A stretch of 5,313 bases of DNA from a virus (lineage: Duplodnaviria; Heunggongvirae; Uroviricota; Caudoviricetes): IMG/VR virus record IMGVR_UViG_2639763169_000007; one strand, written 5' to 3'. Below the pieces are notes generated by a model that was given only the letters and a program-made list of their open reading frames with translations, did no database searches and was not told where the DNA came from. Position numbers and translations under genes: made by a program. Numbering within the stretch: the stretch's first letter is position 1; every line of letters begins with the position of its first letter. Below are positions 1-5,313 of this stretch, piece after piece.

Positions 1-160
1 CAATGCAGGCTTGTCGTGTTGTGAGGTAAGGAGATTTATTCTTAGTGGGATCTTTGCGTGTTGCCTGAAGACGCCCTGTGCGTATCCAGTTAATGGCAGT
101 CGGTCTGGATATCTTGAGAAAATGACAGGCCTCATCGAGTGTGAGGCTGTATGGCTCCAT
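1..160 (-). CDS. Excisionase/AlpA-like helix-turn-helix protein (Xis-like), 5' part only; gene continues past the left edge of the window
   Basis: Manual minus-strand translation from the ATG at 160-158 gives MEPYSLTLDEACHFLKISRPTAINWIRTGRLQATRKDPTKNKSPYLTTRQACI with no stop before position 1. The L-x-L-x-E-A-x-x-L-x-I-S-x-x-T-x-x-x-W-x-x-x-G pattern is typical of phage Xis/AlpA winged-HTH proteins. An AGAGGTGA Shine-Dalgarno sits about 6 nt upstream, and the start overlaps the stop of the upstream gene (TAATG). Absent from the ORF track because it has no in-window stop. Confidence 0.6.
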   Translation of the reverse strand, partial: MEPYSLTLDEACHFLKISRPTAINWIRTGRLQATRKDPTKNKSPYLTTRQACI

Positions 161-465
161 TATTTCACCTCTTGCTGTGACATTGTTGAGAAATGGATAC
201 CAGCTCGTTGCTGCCAGACGATCCAACCGAGAGTCATATCCCATGCCATGTATTCGTTATCGCCGTTTTTTGCTCTCCGACGATCTACTAAGTCACCAAA
301 ACGCTTTTCCATGAATAATTCATAAGCTTCGCGTTCATCTGGTTCTACTTCCAGAGATAGGAGTGCGATTTCATAAGCACGGCGCTCAATATCGTCTCGC
401 ACGTCAAGGCTGCTGATACGCTCTTTAATTTCTTTAATCAGTTCTTTGTCGGTAAAAGTGGTCAT
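160..465 (-). CDS. Hypothetical prophage protein, 101 aa, mildly acidic, function unknown
   Basis: ORF track 160..465 minus (MTTFTDKELIKEIKERISSLDVRDD...). Its ATG overlaps the stop of the upstream DUF551-like ORF (TAATG) and its stop overlaps the start of the Xis-like gene (TAATG), so it is embedded in a translationally coupled operon. GGAGG lies upstream. I do not recognise the family. Confidence 0.55.
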   Translation of the reverse strand: MTTFTDKELIKEIKERISSLDVRDDIERRAYEIALLSLEVEPDEREAYELFMEKRFGDLVDRRRAKNGDNEYMAWDMTLGWIVWQQRAGIHFSTMSQQEVK

Positions 466-765
466 TATGCTCCAGCCTCCGGTGCTTTTGGCATTACTGC
501 CCAGTGAGTGATATTGACGTTTTCAAGGTCCCCGACCTGAAATGTCCACTGCCATTCTCCGGTTTCTTTTTGTCCCCAGGTGTACCAGAGAGAACGCCAG
601 CCAATTAGCCAGCCTTCTCCGTTAGCATCGAATAACAAAACACTTTCATTTGCTGGTGGCAGTTCAGTTGACACTGGTATTACTTTGTTTTCCTGTGCTG
701 CACATTTAGCTTCAAGCTCATCGAATTTACGCACCAGGTATTCAGCATCTGTTTCATTTACTTTC
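465..765 (-). pseudogene. DUF551-like prophage protein, 3' portion (about 100 codons); 5' end replaced by the IS629 terminus
   Basis: The C-terminal 100 residues of the 161-aa ORF 465..950 (…IPVSTELPPANESVLLFDANGEGWLIGWRSLWYTW…ITHWAVMPKAPE) resemble DUF551 phage proteins with a conserved THW…P C-terminus. Residues 1-61 of the listed ORF are encoded inside IS629 (boundary at 766), and no in-frame start codon exists downstream of the junction. Confidence 0.55.
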
Positions 766-807
766 TGAACCGCCCCGGGTTTCCTGGAGAGTGTTTTATC
801 TGTGAAC

Positions 808-1690
<883 letters not shown>

Positions 1691-1694
<4 letters not shown>

Positions 1695-2017
1695 TTTTTC
1701 CAGAGGCGGTCGAACTCCGCCTTCGCAAAATAAGCGGAAGCCTGGCGAAGGATATCGTTACTGCGGCGCAGTTCACGATTTTCACGCTCCAGCTCTTTCA
1801 GACGCTGACGTTCAGCGGTGGTGAGCCCTCCATCACCGCCCCCGGTATCCCGCTCATGCTGGCGACCCCAGACACGCAGAGTCTCCGGCGTACAGCCAAT
1901 CTTTGGAGCAATGGAACAAATTGTCGCCCATTGTGAGTCATATTCGCCCTGACTTTCCAGAACCATACGGACTGCCCGTTGACGGACTTCGGGGGAAAAA
2001 CGAGTATTTTTAGTCAT
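1691..2017 (-). CDS. IS629 OrfA (IS3-family transposase N-terminal HTH protein), 108 aa, intact
   Basis: ORF track 1691..2017 minus ([50 protein letters not shown]…). GAGG Shine-Dalgarno upstream inside the left IR region. Stop overlaps the orfB ATG (ATGA). Confidence 0.9.
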
Positions 2018-2071
2018 CCTGTTTACCTCTTTCTCAGGAAGTTTAGTCTCCAGGATTCCCGGGGCGGTTCA

Positions 2072-2195
2072 TAAGCGACAGTAATCGATTCTTTGTGAAC
2101 ATCTAACCCGACGTACAATGTGTTATTGTTGTTCATGCTGGCCTCCGTGGTGGAAATACCGGGGTGTAGCAACAGCTCACCCATGCGGCTCTGAC
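2072..2195 (-). pseudogene. Orphan 5' end of a transposase-like gene (possible IS110-family DEDD N-terminus), truncated by IS629
   Basis: Minus-strand ATG at 2136-2134 preceded by GGAGG at a 6-nt spacing. It encodes MNNNNTLYVGLDVHKESITVA before running into the IS629 terminus at 2071. The VGLDVHK motif resembles the G-[IVL]-D-V-x-K start of IS110-family transposases. The fragment is short and the family assignment is tentative. Confidence 0.3.
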
Positions 2196-2259
2196 TGAGG
2201 TAGCCTGAGTTTAACGGACACTCCTTCCTGAAATAGAATGGCATCAGAAGGAGCTAATA

Positions 2260-2562
2260 ATGAGCAGAAAAACCCAACGTTACTCTAAAGAGTTCAAAGC
2301 CGAAGCTGTCAGAACGGTTCTTGAAAATCAACTTTCGATCAGTGAAGGCGCTTCCCGATTATCTCTTCCTGAAGGCACTTTAGGACAATGGGTTACCGCC
2401 GCCAGAAAAGGGCTCGGTACTCCTGGTTCCCGCACGGTGGCTGAACTGGAATCTGAAATTCTGCAACTGCGTAAGGCGTTAAATGAAGCTCGCCTTGAGC
2501 GAGATATATTAAAAAAAGCAACAGCGTATTTTGCACAGGAGTCGCTGAAAAATACGCGTTAA
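2260..2562 (+). CDS. IS600 OrfA (transposase HTH / leucine-zipper subunit), 100 aa
   Basis: ORF track 2260..2562 plus (MSRKTQRYSKEFKAEAVRTVLENQLSISEGASRLSLPEGTLGQWV…). GGAG Shine-Dalgarno upstream at about 2249. Confidence 0.9.
   Translation: MSRKTQRYSKEFKAEAVRTVLENQLSISEGASRLSLPEGTLGQWVTAARKGLGTPGSRTVAELESEILQLRKALNEARLERDILKKATAYFAQESLKNTR
2511..2517 (+). other. Putative programmed -1 ribosomal frameshift site (A AAA AAA, then G) to make the OrfAB fusion transposase of IS600
   Basis: The A7G run lies in the orfA frame as TTA AAA AAA GCA. The -1 frame is open from here and reads KKSNSVFCTGVAEKYALIEQWRQQFPIEAMCQVF… straight into orfB. This is the classic IS3-family A6G/A7 slippery motif. 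Confidence 0.55.
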
Positions 2563-2597
2563 TCGAACAATGGCGACAACAATTTCCCATTGAAGCG

Positions 2598-3416
2598 ATG
2601 TGTCAGGTATTTGGTGTATCCAGGAGCGGTTATTACAACTGGGTACAGCATGAACCCTCAGACAGAAAACAAAGTGATGAGCGGCTAAAACTGGAGATTA
2701 AGGTGGCACATATCCGCACTCGCGAAACATATGGAACCCGGCGGCTCCAGACGGAGCTGGCAGAGAATGGCATCATCGTTGGTCGTGACCGACTGGCACG
2801 TCTTCGTAAGGAGCTGAGGCTACGCTGTAAGCAGAAACGCAAGTTCAGAGCGACTACGAACCCGAACCACAATCTGCCAGTTGCGCCAAATCTGCTGAAC
2901 CAGACGTTCGCTCCTACAGCACCAAATCAGGTCTGGGTGGCGGACCTGACGTATGTTGCCACACAGGAGGGATGGTTGTACCTCGCTGGCATCAAAGATG
3001 TTTATACGTGCGAAATTGTCGGCTACGCCATGGGAGAGCGCATGACAAAAGAGCTGACAGGTAAAGCCCTGTTTATGGCGCTCAGGAGCCAGCGCCCACC
3101 TGCCGGGCTAATCCACCACTCTGATCGAGGTTCACAGTACTGCGCATACGATTACCGGGTCATACAGGAGCAGTTTGGTCTGAAAACATCAATGTCGCGT
3201 AAAGGTAACTGTTACGACAACGCTCCGATGGAAAGCTTCTGGGGAACGCTGAAAAATGAGAGCCTGAGCCACTATCGTTTTAATAACCGGGATGAAGCCA
3301 TCTCAGTAATACGGGAATACATTGAGATTTTCTACAATCGTCAGCGTCGTCACTCTCGTCTGGGGAATATCTCCCCGGCAGCCTTCAGGGAAAAATATCA
3401 TCAGATGGCTGCTTAA
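2598..3416 (+). CDS. IS600 OrfB (DDE transposase catalytic domain), 272 aa from first ATG; frame open from about 2511
   Basis: ORF track 2598..3416 plus, with IS3-family catalytic motifs (…WVADLTYV…HHSDRGSQY…YDNAPMESFWGTLK…). It sits in the -1 frame relative to orfA. Confidence 0.9.
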   Translation: MCQVFGVSRSGYYNWVQHEPSDRKQSDERLKLEIKVAHIRTRETYGTRRLQTELAENGIIVGRDRLARLRKELRLRCKQKRKFRATTNPNHNLPVAPNLLNQTFAPTAPNQVWVADLTYVATQEGWLYLAGIKDVYTCEIVGYAMGERMTKELTGKALFMALRSQRPPAGLIHHSDRGSQYCAYDYRVIQEQFGLKTSMSRKGNCYDNAPMESFWGTLKNESLSHYRFNNRDEAISVIREYIEIFYNRQRRHSRLGNISPAAFREKYHQMAA

Positions 3417-3459
3417 AAAAAGAACAAATGGTAGTGTCCGCTATTGCCAGTACACCTCA

Positions 3460-3818
3460 GGGTGTTTGTCCACACCAAACCTGCCTACCGAAGCGACGGA
3501 ATAAAAACAGCAGCGGTAAGGAAGATGAGAACCGACAGCAACAAGGCATGGAAGGGAGCGTTAAAGCGGGCAGGCATTAGCAACTTCCGCTTCCATGACC
3601 TGAGGCATACCTGGGCAAGCTGGCTGGTTCAGTCCGGTGTCTCTCTTCTTGCGCTTAAAGAGATGGGAGGATGGGAAACTCTCGAAATGGTTCAAAGATA
3701 CGCCCACCTTTCAGCCGGGCATCTCACCGAGCACGCGAGCAAAATCGATGCGATTATAAGTCGCAATGGCACAAATACGGCACAAGAGGAGAACGTAGTT
3801 TACTTAAATGCGAGGTAA
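3460..3818 (+). pseudogene. int: Phage tyrosine integrase, C-terminal catalytic fragment (about 119 codons); N-terminal two-thirds missing at the IS600 boundary
   Basis: ORF 3444..3818 contains …[50 protein letters not shown]…, the H-x-x-R … RYAH(L) tyrosine-recombinase box with the catalytic Tyr. The ORF's first five codons lie inside IS600, which ends at 3459, so there is no native start. It reads toward the att core 15 bp downstream. Confidence 0.8.
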
Positions 3819-3832
3819 CTTATTGATTTAAA

Positions 3833-3878
3833 TGGTGCCGATAATAGGAGTCGAACCTACGACCTTCGCATTACGAAT
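3833..3878 (-). other. Phage attachment core: 46 bp matching the 3' end of tRNA-Thr(CGU) (thrW-type), from anticodon loop to CCA; not a complete tRNA
   Basis: The reverse complement of 3833-3878 is AATTCGTAATGCGAAGGTCGTAGGTTCGACTCCTATTATCGGCACCA, which matches the anticodon-loop, T-arm and acceptor 3' strand with CCA of E. coli tRNA-Thr(CGU) as I recall it. The sequence 5' of this (3879 onward, TATAAGAATCCGC…) does not encode the D-arm or the 5' acceptor strand. Confidence 0.75.
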
Positions 3879-4079
3879 TATAAGAATCCGCTTGTAATTC
3901 AAAGGATTATCCCATCAACACTGCGCTCACACGTCCCACCACATCAAAACATGTAAAGCCTTGCAAGCCATTGTGAGGCCTTATGTGTCTCAGTTTTGTC
4001 TCATCAGACATAGCAAGTATCGATCAATTGAGACTTGGATGATAGACTTCATGCCTTTCAGAGCTCATTGATTAAATAA

Positions 4080-4442
4080 ATGTTAAAGTTATTTGTAAAG
4101 TACACATCTATAGGTGTGCTGAACACACTTATACACTGGGTGGTTTTTGGTGTATGTATCTATACCGCACATACCAGTCAGGCTCTGGCAAACTTCACAG
4201 GTTTCGTAGTGGCTGTGAGCTTTAGCTTCTTCGCGAATGCAAGATTCACATTCAAAGCATCGACTACAGCGATGCGCTACATGTTATACGTGGGATTTAT
4301 GGGAATATTGAGTGTGATTGTTGGTTGGGCAGCTGATAAATGCTCACTTCCTCCAATAGTCACTCTTATCACCTTCTCCGCCATCAGTCTGGTGTGCGGT
4401 TTCGTCTATTCAAAGTTCATTGTCTTTAGGGATGCGAAATGA
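4080..4442 (+). CDS. gtrA: GtrA, bactoprenol-linked glucose translocase (flippase), 120 aa; O-antigen glucosylation and serotype conversion
   Basis: ORF track 4080..4442 plus. It is a small hydrophobic protein with about four predicted membrane spans ([25 protein letters not shown]…) that matches S. flexneri phage GtrA from memory. Its stop overlaps the gtrB start (ATGA). It is AT-rich compared with the IS elements. Confidence 0.9.
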   Translation: MLKLFVKYTSIGVLNTLIHWVVFGVCIYTAHTSQALANFTGFVVAVSFSFFANARFTFKASTTAMRYMLYVGFMGILSVIVGWAADKCSLPPIVTLITFSAISLVCGFVYSKFIVFRDAK

Positions 4443-5313
4443 AAATATCTCTTGTCGTTCCTGTCTTCAATGAAGAAGAAGCGATACCTGTTTTCTATAA
4501 AACGGTACGTGAATTCCAAGAGTTGAAGCCATATGAAGTAGAAATTGTATTCATAAATGACGGAAGTAAAGATGCCACAGAGTCAATTATTAACGCGCTG
4601 GCTGTTTCAGACCCGCTAGTTGTTCCGCTGTCATTTACACGCAACTTTGGTAAAGAACCAGCCTTATTTGCAGGGTTAGACCATGCAAGCGGCGATGCTG
4701 TAATTCCTATTGATGTCGACCTGCAAGACCCAATTGAGGTTATCCCTCATCTTATTGAAAAGTGGCAGGCAGGTGCTGAGATGGTGCTTGCTAAACGTTC
4801 AGACCGCTCAACTGATGGACGACTGAAACGTAAGACAGCTGAGTGGTTCTATAAATTACACAACAAAATAAGCACCCCAAAGATCGAGGAAAATGTCGGA
4901 GATTTTCGACTCATGTCTCGTGAGGTTGTGGAGAACATTAAACTGTTGCCTGAGCGCAATCTTTTCATGAAAGGCATACTGAGCTGGGTGGGTGGTCAGA
5001 CGGATGTCGTTGAATATGTACGCGCAGAGCGTGTTGCTGGCATCTCAAAATTTAATGGCTGGAAATTATGGAATCTGGCACTGGAAGGTATCACAAGTTT
5101 TTCAACCTTTCCTCTTCGCGTATGGACTTATATAGGCTTGTTTGTTGCAAGCATTTCATTTTTATATGGTGCATGGATGATTATAGACACCCTTGTCTTT
5201 GGTAACCCAGTACGCGGGTATCCCTCCCTGCTTGTATCAATACTTTTCTTGGGTGGAGTGCAACTGATCGGGATTGGTGTTCTCGGTGAATATATAGGTA
5301 GAATTTACTTAGA
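4439..5313 (+). CDS. gtrB: GtrB, bactoprenol glucosyltransferase (GT2 family), first 291 codons; 3' end beyond the window
   Basis: Manual translation from the ATG at 4439 gives [26 protein letters not shown]…[14 protein letters not shown]…DVDLQDP…[11 protein letters not shown]…, followed by C-terminal membrane spans, with no stop before the window ends. It has the GT2 fold signature and matches GtrB from memory. Absent from the ORF track because it has no stop. Confidence 0.9.
   Translation, partial: MKISLVVPVFNEEEAIPVFYKTVREFQELKPYEVEIVFINDGSKDATESIINALAVSDPLVVPLSFTRNFGKEPALFAGLDHASGDAVIPIDVDLQDPIEVIPHLIEKWQAGAEMVLAKRSDRSTDGRLKRKTAEWFYKLHNKISTPKIEENVGDFRLMSREVVENIKLLPERNLFMKGILSWVGGQTDVVEYVRAERVAGISKFNGWKLWNLALEGITSFSTFPLRVWTYIGLFVASISFLYGAWMIIDTLVFGNPVRGYPSLLVSILFLGGVQLIGIGVLGEYIGRIYL

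Larger units (their letters stand above)
2196..3459 (+). mobile_element. IS600 (IS3 family), 1264 bp, apparently intact
   Basis: Left end TGAGGTAGCCTGAGTTTAACGGACACTCC at 2196; right end …AGTGTCCG…ACCTCA at 3459 is its imperfect inverse. The 1264-bp span equals the length I recall for IS600, and it contains orfA, a frameshift motif and orfB. Flanks are gac and ggg, so no target-site duplication. Confidence 0.85.

Noticed and set aside
11-325. 104-aa plus-strand ORF (MSCCEVRRFILSGIFACC…)
   Set aside because: It lies antisense to the Xis-like and 101-aa genes, is Cys/Ser-rich and low in complexity, and has no ribosome-binding site or recognisable domain. It is most likely a spurious shadow ORF.
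3444-3818. Intact 124-aa protein starting at the ATG at 3444
   Set aside because: The ATG and the first five codons lie inside the IS600 right terminus. The coding content is the C-terminal catalytic domain of a much longer integrase, so it is a fragment and not a gene.
3833-3910. Complete tRNA-Thr gene on the minus strand
   Set aside because: Only the 3' 46 nt (anticodon loop to CCA) match. The adjacent sequence cannot form the D-arm or the 5' acceptor strand, so this is a phage att core copy and not a functional tRNA.
3879-4079. Dam/OxyR-type phase-variation switch upstream of gtrA, as described for some Salmonella gtr operons
   Set aside because: Only one GATC (4022-4025) is present in the region, and I see no paired GATC-containing half-sites, so there is no sequence support for that mechanism here.

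Overview
This 5.3-kb window is a mosaic accessory region of the kind found in Shigella/E. coli chromosomes, built from three blocks. All identifications rest on reading the translated ORFs and on recalled family and IS sequences; no database search was run. (1) 1-765, minus strand: the xis-proximal end of a lambdoid prophage early operon, with a partial Xis/AlpA-like HTH gene running off the left edge, a 101-aa gene of unknown function, and a DUF551-like gene whose 5' end is cut by an IS. (2) 766-3459: an IS pile-up of IS629 (minus strand, orfB inactivated by a frameshift), a 124-bp orphan piece carrying the 5' end of another transposase-like gene, and an apparently intact IS600 (plus strand). 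(3) 3460-5313: the remnant of a serotype-converting, SfII/SfV/SfX-type phage, comprising the 3' fragment of a tyrosine integrase, a 46-bp att core matching the 3' end of tRNA-Thr(CGU)/thrW, gtrA, and the first 291 codons of gtrB running off the right edge. No rRNA, complete tRNA or CRISPR array is present. I do not see a wholly new system; the points worth a second look are the phage-type int-att-gtr arrangement frozen by IS damage, the IS junctions without target-site duplications, the uncharacterised small gene beside xis, and short repeats in the att arm upstream of gtrA.
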